Shown here piece after piece: positions 40,201-50,750 of a DNA stretch of 64,000 nucleotides. This stretch comes from Lingula anatina (taxonomy: Eukaryota; Animalia; Brachiopoda), in assembly GCA_051362555.1 (NCBI GenBank), contig CM120648.1:19216587-19280586 (forward strand), given 5' to 3'. The notes under the pieces are model-generated. The model saw only the letters and a program-made list of their open reading frames with translations. It searched no databases and was not told the DNA's origin. The position numbers were made by a program, and so were the translations under genes. Each line of letters starts with the position of its first letter. Positions within the stretch are counted from its first letter, which is position 1.

Positions 40201-42536
40201 AGCACATTTCACTGACTACATATTTCTCCCATAATGCAGGGTGATTGCCGTATATTTTACACACAAAAACACGCACGCATGCACGCACACACACACACAC
40301 TAGTATACTACTCACTCTCTTTCCCTATAAAATTATTGTACAAAAAGCATTGATCATTATCAGAATTTTCTATTTGTAGGTGCGAGTGGCCCGAATGTGT
40401 CATTGATCCATAAACAGAGGTTTACAAGGCTGCATTATCTCGTTATTGAACTTGGAACGAAAGCCATTAAAACCTTCTTCCTCAAGGATGTTGTTAGGCC
40501 TGGCATCACTGACGGTGGGGACATCAGTGATAACAATGCAGTGGTTCAGTTTTTAGGCAAGAAAGGCGTGAGAAAGGAACTTGAGAAACTCAAGAAAACA
40601 AAGGCCATATTCGACTCTCAGTGGAATCTGTTGTATCCTGCCTCTGGTCATACAGATGTGGAAACGTTTGACATTACATTGCTTGTGTTATTGATAAGAA
40701 ATCTTCACCCAGACAAAGCCAACCTAAAATGGCCCAAAGCAAATGCCACGACAAGTACCCCTCCACAAACAACACAGGGTTTCATCGAACACATCCAACG
40801 GCTTAAAAATGTCAGGAATTTTTTACAGCATTCCGCCAAATATGGGATCCAAGACATGGAGAAATTCTGCACAAATTGGGAAATCGCCGGTGCTTCTGTT
40901 CTAGCACTTGGTGCAGATCCAAAGGAAGTGGAAAAGATACAGGAATTCAACTTTAGCTTACAGGAGATAAATACAATAGTGTGTGAAATACGCAGCTGGG
41001 CAGAAGATAACAAACGGCATTTCGACAGCAGATTTGACAGGCTTGAATTAGTAATTAAAAATATTTATTTCCCTCTGTATGTGCCGTTCTCTGTGCCGTC
41101 GTCATTGCGCTTGTCATAAATTGAAAGAGGCAGATTTTTTTTTTTTTTTTTTTTTTTGGGGGGGGGGGCGGGGGTCCTGATTTCTGAAAAAAATTGCGCT
41201 TACATTTCCCTCTTGAAATTAGAATGTTGACTTGCTGAATTACAGTTCTGAATAGAACCGAATGACACCGTGCACCCTCTAAGTATCAAAATTGTTTGGG
41301 GCCTAAAGCAGGCCTTCGAAACCCCACGGCAGGGTGGGGTGGCTTGGCATCTGTGCCCCTCCTCTTCAAATAATCCTGGATCCGTCCCTGAATTACCGTA
41401 AGTGAAAGGGTTAGTTGATGTTCGTCTTCAGTTGTACGTGGCATATGTGGATGGTCCAATGCCAGATTGAACCTTCACATTTTTACCTAGTGATATTTTT
41501 AAAACACAATTAAAGCCTACATATAGTTTACATTTACACCGGCCCGTGCGCTGAAATTGTCCATACTTTTTTTTTTTTTTTTTTTTTTTTTGAAATCGTC
41601 CGGAGCTAGGGTCTACGGCAAGTATGTCTACATTTAAATGGCCTAAAATCAGTACGATTTCGCACGGTCATCGTCTACCTCCTCTCAGACGCCGTATGAT
41701 AAGGGTATTACGGGCAGTATACGTGCACCGTAGGGGAAGGGGGGTTAGTCCACCCTCGGGGCAAATTTGCACACACACACCCATATCTCGAAAGTGAAAA
41801 GTTGAATTCCGTCCTCCGCTATATTACACGTGGAAGTGCGCTATCAAAACAAAAATCGTGGGCTGTAAGACTACGTAGTGTTCTATTCCTTGTCAGTCAA
41901 AACTCAGTTTTATTACCTGGTAAAAAAAATCAGACTCTATTTACTGTCTTTTTTTTTTGTCGACAGAGTATTGATTTACATTAAGTTTGCATTAAGTTCT
42001 ATTGAGGCAAGTCAGCTACTTTTGCACGGGGCTTAGCTAGTTCACTCCTGGGCGGACTTGCCTCATTACATAAAACCTCTTGTTAAACATATTTTCTAAT
42101 GAAAGTTTATGTTTTTTTTAATGTTTTATTTTTTAACAGGTATTCTAAGAGCTTTGTCGTATTGACATGGTGACATTACAGTGGCGGATTTAGACGTGGG
42201 GTCAGGGGTTCCTCCCCCACCTCTTCGATTTCTGGTCCCAGCTTGAATTAGTATTTTGACTAGCTGAATCATATTTCTAAACCGCACCAAATTGCACCGT
42301 TTGCCCTCTAAAGTACCAACAATTTTCGGACCCCAAACCCCATGCCAGGTGGGGTGGAAGTGGGGGGGAATCAGGGCTTCAGTTTTGCATCAGCGCCCCC
42401 CCCCCCCCCCTTCAAATAATCCTGGATCCGCCCCTGTATTATATGTGTTATTACCAAACTAAATTGTTGATTCAAAGACATTGTATTTTATTTTCAGATG
42501 GTGGAGGAACGTATAAGAAAAAAACCTAAAGTATGA
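6881..42536 (+). CDS. ROCO-family gene (Roc GTPase-COR-DZIP3-like HEPN), 5'-partial; join(6881-6931,12892-12942,13293-13538,13937-14061,21572-22751,40024-40056,40380-41050,42498-42536)
   Basis: All junctions are GT/AG with consistent phases (1,1,1,0,1,1,0), giving one open frame of ~798 aa to TGA 42534-42536. Roc G3 WDFAGQ, G4 GTHKD, G5-like FAVSN; COR motifs (W..LE, IIDPLWL, FVVPSML, FPTGLFHRL); HEPN FDITLL..RN and RNFLQH. The G1/P-loop is not in the window. Confidence 0.75.
7100..8690 (+). mobile_element. Helentron-like non-autonomous element family A (fragments)
   Basis: Palindrome tgtacagacacagatgtgtctgtaca plus a (CGCCGT)n-like microsatellite; shared with 24551, 36464 and 50990. Confidence 0.7.
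8722..12326 (+). mobile_element. HINE family B copy with higher-order internal duplications, inserted at TT inside a smaller HINE (8690-12527)
   Basis: Same 5' palindrome; 3' ctggtggtacaa...gaggcggtatcgcctc hairpin...ctagtt; the host element resumes at 12326 and ends like 1-190. Confidence 0.7.
12892..12942 (+). CDS. Putative 51-nt phase 1-1 exon (VPFKGESGSHTSGEENM); alternative donor after 12903
   Basis: Acceptor ttattgtacag and frame compatible with both neighbours, but the donor gtagta is weak. Confidence 0.4.
   Translation, partial: SLSKVKVDLIPLGKKT
13293..13538 (+). CDS. Roc GTPase exon (G3 motif)
   Basis: [30 protein letters not shown], the hallmark Roc switch II; cgcag acceptor, G|gtattg donor. 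Confidence 0.92.
13937..14061 (+). CDS. Roc GTPase exon (G4 motif)
   Basis: EFIMFWLNSIH...PYVLIIGTHKD; ttttcag acceptor, CAG|gtgaaa donor. Confidence 0.9.
15390..17891. mobile_element. hAT-like non-autonomous element, 5-bp flanking duplication TACAG
   Basis: TIR caggggcgtaactag / ctagttacgcccatg. Confidence 0.75.
16760..17215. mobile_element. hAT-like MITE, 5-bp flanking duplication CATGG
   Basis: TIR cagggccgtagcct / aggctacggccctg with G/C-run subterminal motifs. Confidence 0.85.
21572..22751 (+). CDS. Roc C-terminus plus COR-A/COR-B exon
   Basis: 1180-nt open exon: FAVSN, SWIKLE, HRQGDILHF, VIIDPLWL, FVVPSML, PTGLFHRLIVRL; donor G|gtaagc. Confidence 0.9.
23023..23359. mobile_element. 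Kolobok-like MITE with TTAA target-site duplication
   Basis: TIR agggataataactcttcgt / acgaagagttattatcact; TTAA on both sides; empty site cctactttaactatc visible (rc) at ~38790. Confidence 0.85.
24020..29593 (+). mobile_element. Non-autonomous TIR DNA transposon (CAGCC...GGCTG ends), copy 2
   Basis: TIR cagcccgggagccaccgg / ccggtggctcccaggctg; TGTA on both flanks; collinear with 14636-19886. Confidence 0.8.
24551..27045 (+). mobile_element. HINE family A full-length copy inserted in a T-run
   Basis: 5' palindrome and microsatellite; 3' ctgtacatttgacagctttgctgccttgtt; uninterrupted empty site in the duplicate at 27630-27645. Confidence 0.8.
31757..34656 (+). CDS. hAT transposase (ZNF862/TTF-zinc-finger type), ~720 aa; join(31757-32307,32602-32733,32872-32984,33290-34656)
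   Basis: Phases 2,2,1 give 721 codons; CxxC..H..H zinc finger, DGATD, CDGAS, HCVAHRLEL, GTRW, SSANCERGFS. Confidence 0.88.
34782..35647. mobile_element. Possible Kolobok-like non-autonomous element nested in the hAT 3' region
   Basis: TTAA at both ends, short agaca/tgtct termini, shares ggaaaattcattt with 23023-23359. Confidence 0.35.
36464..38478 (+). mobile_element. HINE family A copy (with internal second head at 37848)
   Basis: Same palindromic head and the gacagctttgctgccttgtt tail. Confidence 0.75.
39292..39837. mobile_element. MITE with ~110-140-bp TIRs, 5-bp flanking duplication AATAT
   Basis: caggctatccaactaccagactcggcac... / ...gtgccgagtctggtagttgggtaggcctg. Confidence 0.85.
40024..40056 (+). 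CDS. 33-nt phase 1-1 linker microexon (DSAQAVQTSEP)
   Basis: ttatttttacag acceptor, CAG|gtaatt donor; preserves the frame between the COR and HEPN exons. Confidence 0.6.
40380..41050 (+). CDS. DZIP3/hRUL138-like HEPN domain exon
   Basis: RLHYLVIELGTKAIK, QWNLLYP, FDITLLVLLIRNL, IQRLKNVRNFLQH (Rx4H at 40814-40831), F...W..I; tttgtag acceptor. Confidence 0.85.
42179..42436. mobile_element. hAT-like MITE (related decayed copy at ~41127-41390)
   Basis: cagtggcggatttag / ctggatccgcccctg; flanks catta/tatta. Confidence 0.75.
42498..42536 (+). CDS. Putative terminal exon MVEERIRKKPKV*
   Basis: ttttattttcag acceptor, phase 0 matches the TTA|gtaatt donor, AATAAA at ~42546. Confidence 0.55.
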   Translation: MVEERIRKKPKV

Positions 42537-44230
42537 TGTAGAGACAATAAAGCATGCCATACAACATTACAGACCCACCACTGATGGATATAGAAAAAAC
42601 TTGACATTCCATGTTCAACCTTAAGAGATTATATTAAGAAAGTGCCTGAGTGGGAGTGCCTCAAACTAATATCATTTGATAATCAAAATCCAAAGAAAAA
42701 ACTTTTACTATTTAGAAAATGCTGACAGTGAAGATAAATGTGTTTGCATGGAGTCATGGTCAAACAGTAAAGCACATGAAAAGTGGATGGTATGTTGTGC
42801 ATGAAATATGTGGGCCCACGAGGAGTGTGCGGACTCCCTTGGCCTGCCTGACTTTACGTACGTTTGTCACAACTTTGATTCTGATTAATAACTGCCAAAC
42901 CATAATTTTTACTTACAATTTACTCAGTGGCTTTGTTTGGTAAATAGGCAGGTTGCTTTTGAAAATCAGCATGATCAGTTTACATTAACTGTGATAATTG
43001 TTTTTTTTTTTCTTTTGTGAAATCTTCATTATTCACATATTGGCATTTTCAGTGGCTTTTATATCTCATGGAACTGACTCAGTAGCTAGTTTTTCATGTT
43101 ACCTGTAGCGCATTATGTAAGAGGTTAAGAGTGATTATGCTATTATGTAACAGTGCATCAAAATTGGCCAAAACATCATTTTGTGCACTTTTTCTGCAGA
43201 ATGTCTGAACATTTGACAGCTTTGCTGCCTTGTTTCTTGGTGACTGTATATTTGCAAGCTTTATTGTCTAGTTTTTAATTAAAATGTTGGAATAGAAGTA
43301 AAAGTAAAATGTCTGGATATTAGGTAAGATTTTCAAAATACTTACCAGATTACACATAATATTGATTATTGTAAAAACTTCTAAGATTTGGTTTTACAAT
43401 AATATACTGGAAAATGCCTTCTTAATAATTAGAATGGTTGCCTAAGCTGGAAAAATGCATCTGCTGTCTCAGTCCTGTAACTGTTTCACACCTTGACTAA
43501 AATGTTCTCAAATTTGGTAAAATTTTTCAAAATATCCCTCAATTGCAAAGGGAATCGCCATTTTTCACATCTCTCTTGTAAGTGAAATAAAAGAATATGT
43601 CATCTCATTGGAAGCTGTGGATCTTCTAAATGGTCTCCACTGGTCTATGGACTGTGGCCTGGAAAGAGAACACCAAAATCGTTAGCATGGTTACAGAGTG
43701 TTCGGCTACTTAATTTGCTTATATTGGTAACATTGAATCTATTTTATCTTAATAATTGTAACAATGCAAACTTTATACATAATCACAGTTGTATATTGCA
43801 TAAATGGTAATCAGTTGCAATAATTGACCTATTATATCAATTTGACAAGTATCTCAAACGGTGCAGTGCATGTTGTACTATACCTGAGGAATTGCTAACC
43901 AAACTCCCTGGGCACAACTCCCTGCACAAGGATTTGGAGTTACATTATATCCAAAGTCTAAAATCTGAGTGAGCTGACACCCACCATACAGAATTAAAGA
44001 TATGGTATATTATAGATATTGATTCTTCCTACCCACTTTCTGACTTACCCCCCCCCCCTCCCCCTTGAGAGTTAGGAGATATAAATAACTTAAAACCATT
44101 CTGGATGAGCCCCCCCCCCCCCCCCCCAGGGCCACGCATCCATCCACGGTTTCAGAAAATAACTGATACTTCCTATGCACTTTTTATTTGACATCTACCC
44201 CCTCCCCAGTAAACGAGCATATTTTCCCCA

Positions 44231-47200
44231 TTGAGGTTGGAAAAAATTGGTGACAAAGGTTTCTCAACTGATTCTGGTCCGTTGAAGGCTCAGTATAGCC
44301 CAAAAAAATTTCCCCATGAATCCCCCCACAAAAATCCAAAATGGTCGCCATTGAATTGGGTGGGTGGACTTGAAATCCACAACTTGGGAACCCAATGTCA
44401 CAGAGACATGTTTTAAGTATCAACTTCTACTAAGTGAGGGATCCCCAATCTTTTGCAACTAGTCTCAAGGTCGCTGGAGGTCAAGGTCATGACCTTATTA
44501 CAAGGTCAAGGCAATTTAAAGGAAAAAACCCCATAATGTCCAAATGACAGTTTCCCAATGTAACAGAAACATGTTTTAAGTATCAACTCCTACTAAGTGA
44601 GGGATCCCCAATCTTTTGCAACCACTTTCAAGGTCACTGGAGGTCAAGGTCATGACCTAATCATAAGATCTATACATTTTGTGAGCAAAAAAAATGATGT
44701 GCTGTCCATATATTGGTAACCTAATGTCACAAAACATATTTTAGTATCCACTATTATTGAATGATGCACCGCCAATCTTTTGCAAATTTATTCAGAGTCA
44801 TTTGGGGTCAAGGTCATGACCCTGCAAGGACACTGCATTTTTCAAGCAGAAAATTCCCATATTATCTAAACCTTTGTAATTGGATGTCACAGAAGCATGT
44901 TTAAATATCATTTCCTACTAAGTGAGGTTCTGATAATAATATGCAATTGCTTTCAAGGCACCAGAGGTCAATGTTATGACCTTATTTTCAAGGTCATGGC
45001 ATTTTTAGCTCGGACAAAATGCCATCATGTCTACATTTGGATAACCCGGCCAATGTCACAGAAACATGTTTAAAGTATTGATTCATACTAAGTGACATAT
45101 TGCCGATCATTTGAAACTATTTCTAAGATCACCACAGGTCAGGGTCATATCCTTATAACAAGGTTGTCATAATATTTAAGAAAAATTGATTTTTCACTTA
45201 TCAAATACAACACAGGTGATTGTTTAAAGAATATTTCATTACAGAAAAGGCATCGCTGCCACTGCATAGTACTCATTTAAATAAATGGCATTCAGTTTAC
45301 AAGGCTTAAAGATATACTGTACCCATTTCAAAATCACTAGGGCCTATGTGTTATATCTATGTTTAAATAAAGCTGTGTGTTTTACATTTTACAGGAACTA
45401 AAAGTGAACTAAAAGCTTAATAACAAAATATAAACTTGTTTCATACTGGGCAAAGACAGCCTGTTATACAATTACCATTCTAGCCTCACATAAGACATGT
45501 AAAAAATTGGAATATTCAGAATCTTATTACAGCATTCTATACTACTGCAATGGGGGAATTATGTCATGTTGGGTATATATATATTTAGATAAAATATTAT
45601 GGAATTAGAAATGGGGACGTTTTATATTGAACACAGGCTGGGGGTACAAACTGCCAGTAAAAAAAACAATCATACAACCGGTGGTGAGTTTACAAGGAAT
45701 GAAACAACCACATCAGAAGTAGGTAAGCAGTTTCCCTGGGGAAATATAACCAGGTGGGATGGCACCTTTTTATGGTATTTACCTTCTTGCCCAGAAGTCA
45801 GATTGCTACACCATTTGAACATCCGTAACAAATAAGTTGGGTTTCTCTCCAGCTTTAAAAGAAATATCAAATGTTGATTTCTCAGATATTCACTTCCAAT
45901 GCTTCTCTCAAATCTTCAAACTTACTAGCCACAAGTTTATCACAATTGCTAGCTGTGGGTCTTTAACAATAGGTCTACATGTATATGTGGCATAGCAGAG
46001 TTAGGTATGGGTCAATAAGAGTCCTTTTCAGAGAAGAAATGCATTTTTCTGGACAAATTTAAGGAGCAATTCGACTGCATGATGGACAGTGATTAAAAGG
46101 CAAATGTGTCCTCTGCAGATAAGTTGGACTATTTGCTTCAATACAACTTGTGGATTAGGTAGTCTGCATTAATGCACAACATTCGATAAGCATTTATTAC
46201 CACCTGATTACTTAATATTTGTCAGAAGGTTATTTCTACGTGGTCAGCTTCAAACTGAAGGATACAAAGTCCTTTACATATGTGTTAGATCCTAGCCCAC
46301 AGCTAGAACCGTTTGTACGTCCCTTGTCCTTGGTGCTTTGACCATCAAATACAGGCCTGTAGCCAGTGGTGTTCTGGATAAAATTTTATCTAATTACACA
46401 AATATTTCATGGTAGAAGGTCCACTTTTTTCAGAAAAAGCCCCCCTCCCCCTATTTGAGACCGCAAGCTCGACACAATGACTGTCAACTGAGCTGCAGCA
46501 AAGTAAACAAAGGATGATGACGAGAGCCTGTAGCCAGTTTCCTATCCTAACAGACCTGATAAAAACTTCCAGGTTGCAATCATGTCTCAGTACTAGTTCT
46601 CCAATCTGACAGGAGCTGGCATGATATGAAAACATGTAACTACTTTTGACACAGATGAGCACACCACGAAATAGCAGCTTTAAAGTTTATCGACCAAAAC
46701 ATACTACACCTTCTAGTAGAGTGTTCACTTGCGGTGAACAAGTTCTTCCCAGCAAATGACCTGCTTATTTCAGAATCCCACTGCAGGACCAAGAATTGGG
46801 ATATTTAGGAAAAAGATGCTGAAATGACACTCAAAGTGCACCATCTACAAGTTTGTCTTCACACAAAAAAACTTATTAATTTCCCACTCAGCACATTAAA
46901 ATTACCCAATTAACCCAAGTACAGACTTGTGTCAGCATGCTCAGTAGGCTTGGGAGAGGGTATAGCTTTTAGACCTCACCCATCCATGATGGAGCTAAAG
47001 GTTTGAATCGACCATTAAGAATCAACACACTTTACCATTGGCAATTCAGTAATGGCTGGCCTTTGGTTGTCATAAAAGCAACCAAATACAGATACTGATT
47101 AAATGGACAAATAAATATGCTTTATCCACTATCTCCTCTCTACAATGGCACACAGATACTCCAAAGTAGATCATACATAAAAAGGTGGGACAAGAAGGCT

Positions 47201-48367
47201 TTAGGTCAATCATTGGGCAGACAAGAAGAGAGCTTCTGCCTGTAGCACCTGTATTAAAAGTTAAAAGTATTTACATCAAACCACAATGGGCTCAGGTCGC
47301 TCTATAAAATGTAACATTTGTCATAAAAAAATGGAGATGCATATTTTGCTCTTAAACAATCTTATGTGTTGTATTTAGCACACCCTAGAATCAAATTTTC
47401 ATTAAATTTCATGATGACCTTGCAATAAGGTCAAGCCTGTACCTCCTAGATTTTGGAAATAGTTGCAAATGATAAAGAGGGCCCCATTTAAAAGGCATTA
47501 ATTGGCACGCTAAACGCGTTTCTGACACATTTGGTAATTGAGAAAGTATGGAATTTTGCTTGAAAACCTCATGACCTTGTAATTAGAGGTCAAAAACTTA
47601 ATCTCTGGTGACCTTTAAATTAGTTGCAATTGATTGTTTACTTCTCATTTAGAAGGAATTGATACATTAAACATGCATGATTTAGTGACATACGGTTACC
47701 AAGATACAGATAATATGATATCATTCACTTGGAAAATACCATGACCTTGACATTTTTTAATAATATTGGCCTCTGCTGACCTTGAAATTAGTTGCAAGTG
47801 TTTGGCAGTGTCCCACTTGCTTGGTATTGTTTCTTATAACATGTTTCTATGACACTGGGAAACTGTCATATAGACATTAAGGGGTTTTTTTGCTCCAAAA
47901 ATGCCTTGACCTTGTAATAAGGTCATGACCTTGACCTCCGGTGACCTTGAGACTAGTTGCAAAAGATTGGGGATCCCTCACTTCGTAGGCGTTGATACTT
48001 AAAACATGTTTCTGTGACATTGGGAAACTGTCATATAGACATTATGGGTTTTTTTTCTCCAAATATGCCTTGACTTTGTAATAAGGTCATGACCTTGACC
48101 TCCAGTGACCTTGAGACTAGTTGCAAAAGATTGGGGATCCCTCACTTAGTAGGAATTGATACTTAAAGCATGTTTTTGTGACATTGGGTTCCCAAGTTAT
48201 GGATTTCAAGTCCACCCACCCCATTCAATAGCGGCCATTTTGGATTTTTGTGGAAAATCAGACTTTGCCATGGGGGGATTCATGGGGAAATTTTTTTGGG
48301 CTATACTGGGCCTTCAACGGACCAGAATCAATTGAGAAACCTTTGTCATCAATTTTTTCCAACCTAA
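44231..48367. repeat. ~0.95-kb inverted repeat arms (44231-45180 and 47380-48367) built of ~170-bp AAGGTCA-rich subrepeats
   Basis: aggttggaaaaaattg...ccccatgaatcccccca on + at 44234 and on - from 48365; ORFs 44231+ and 48258- give near-identical peptides. Confidence 0.8.
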
Positions 48368-48855
48368 GTTGTTTATTGAGAACTACTTTATTTTCATGAT
48401 CAACATTCCAGATGACCTCCTCCCCCCTCCCTCCCCACAGGCCTGAAAACAATTACTTACATTCCACTTCAGAGGCTGGTTATCAGCCTTAAGAATACAC
48501 TGGACATGAGTGAAGATGGTCACTTTCTAGGTGACCTCCCTGGGGTGGTCATCATCTGGGGCCCACACCAGGGTCAGCTCGGAACATTTACGGACCTTCT
48601 GGTAGGAGAAACTGCTCAGGGGAAGTTTCTGTATGCACAGAGCAATGGTCTTTATATATAAAATAAATAAAATATAAAAGATGTACACAGTTTGCACATC
48701 AGCAAAGAAACTGTTCAATAGGAGAATTCCATCAAAAATTTGCTAAACTTTTACGTAAATGATGCTACAGAACTAAAATCTCTGAAAAGGACAACAATAT
48801 ATTATGCATTTACATAATTTAAAATGGCTAAAAAAGTTAGCGAAGAAAAACACTA

Positions 48856-49063
48856 AGACCCCATTCCCATAGATTTTAGATCGATCTATCCCTGTGGGGA
48901 GTCTCACTAGATTACTGTCAGCTTTGCCGGCTTAAGCGTCTGTCCGCCTACTGAAAGCTGTAAGAGGGTAACCAACTAAGATGCGCGCTCGGCTGACTGC
49001 AATTTAGCGTGAACCCCCAGGGAGTTAGGTCGATCTAAATATAAATCTCTGGGAATGCACCCT
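48856..49063. mobile_element. Palindromic MITE (related copy at ~60995-61254)
   Basis: cattcccatagattttagatcgatcta / taggtcgatctaaat...ctgggaatg. Confidence 0.55.
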
Positions 49064-49928
49064 AAATATACATCAAGGGTGGATCGAGACATTTTCTGAC
49101 AGTCTACCAAATTATCTTTGGTGATCCATCCTCCATTTTTGACTTTCTTAAACAAAAAAACAAAACAAAACAAAATTCTGACCCTCTTCAAGACGACCCA
49201 TGCTTTAAGTAGAACCAGAAAGGGCTTCCCCCACCCTTGTAAACAACCATGTACAAAGTACCCAGACCCCTCCACTTTCTATACTCACATCACAGTACAC
49301 TCTCTTCACCACTCCAAGCTTTAGCACCAAAACATCAAAATCCTTGTCCAGAATTCCCATCACCATCCCTTGTTCCTCTAGTGGACCACATTCCTGGAAG
49401 ACATAAGGTATGACAAAGTCAGATATTTCCTATCCTTTTTTCCTCCAGAGGGCCACACTCCTGAATTTTACTCCATTTCTGAGATACGTCCTATCCCTAG
49501 AAAATGATATTTGACAAAGTACATCTGCACAGTGGAAATGTGTTAAAAAACTAAAAAAAAAAAAAAAAAACACTTTACCATGGCGTTCTTCTTCAATCTC
49601 ATTCGCCATTGCCTGCGTAAGAGGACAACTGGCAAAATACCCTTGGAATAATGATACCTAATATACACTAAACAGAACATATTTTTCAATTCCAGTATAA
49701 GATAAGCTGGCTATTTTCACCTTGACATATATGGCAAAGAACATGTCACTGCTGATTTCCTGGACCTGTTTGGAAGCATTCTTCCTGTCATCGCAGTGTT
49801 CTGCCTGTCTCTGTATGGACTCCTTGGACTTACTGGGAGGGTCACAGTAGCCTGGAATTATGAGTGTTCTGGTGATAAAAAGGTACTGGTTTAACATGAT
49901 AAGTAAGCTGTAAAATATAAAATGACCC

Positions 49929-50750
49929 CCAGCAGTCTGTGTGGTATGACATAGAACACTTACCCAGAAAGACACCCAGCAGTCTGTGTGGAATGACATA
50001 CTGTAGAACACTTACCCAGACAGGCATCCAGCACTCTGTGTGGTATGACATAGAACACTTACCCAGAAAGACACCCAGCAGTCTGTGTGGTATGACATAG
50101 AACACTTACCCAGACAGGCACCCAGCAGTCTGTGTGCTATGACATAGAACACTTACCCAGAAAGACACCCAGCAGTCTGTGTGCTATGACATAGAACACT
50201 TACGGCCGTACCCAGACAGGCATCCAGCAGTCTGTGTGGTATGACATAGAACACTTACCCAGAAAGACACCCAGCAGTTTGTGTGGTATTACATAGAACA
50301 CTTACCCAGAGAGACACCCAGCAGTCTGTGTGGTATGACATAAAACACTTACCCATACAGGCATCCAGCAGTGTGTGTGGTATGACATAGAACACTTACC
50401 CAGAAAGACATCCAGCAGTGTGTGTGGTATGACATAGAACACTTACCCAGAAAGACATCCAGCAGTGTGTGTGGTATGACATAAAACACTTACCCAGAAA
50501 GACATCCAGCAGTGTGTGTGGTATGAGAATAGAACACTTACCCAGAAAGACACCCAGCAGTCTGTGTGGTATGAGAATAGAAAACGTACCCATACAGGCA
50601 TCCAGCAGTCTGTGTGGTATGACATAGAACACTTACCCAGAAAGACACCCAGCAGTCTGTGTGGTATGAGAATAGAAAATTTACCCATACAGGCATCCAG
50701 CAATCTGTGTGGTATGACATAGAACACTTACCCAGACAGGCACCAAGCAA
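49929..50750 (-). repeat. 47-bp minisatellite (~17 copies) derived from the DIS3L2 exon end plus 5' splice site
   Basis: Unit on -: cacacagactgctgggtgtctttctgg|gtaagtgttctatgtcatac. Confidence 0.92.

Noticed and set aside
45200-47380. Coding cargo between the foldback arms
   Set aside because: Only short ORFs with no recognisable motifs; the sequence looks like UTR or intergenic DNA.
49578-49642. Extra DIS3L2 exon
   Set aside because: No similarity to DIS3L2; the neighbouring exons 49721 and 49393 already join in phase.
49929-50750. CRISPR array or repeat-protein ORFs (SYHTDCW...)
   Set aside because: A 47-bp minisatellite with no spacers; the ORFs are by-products of the repeat.
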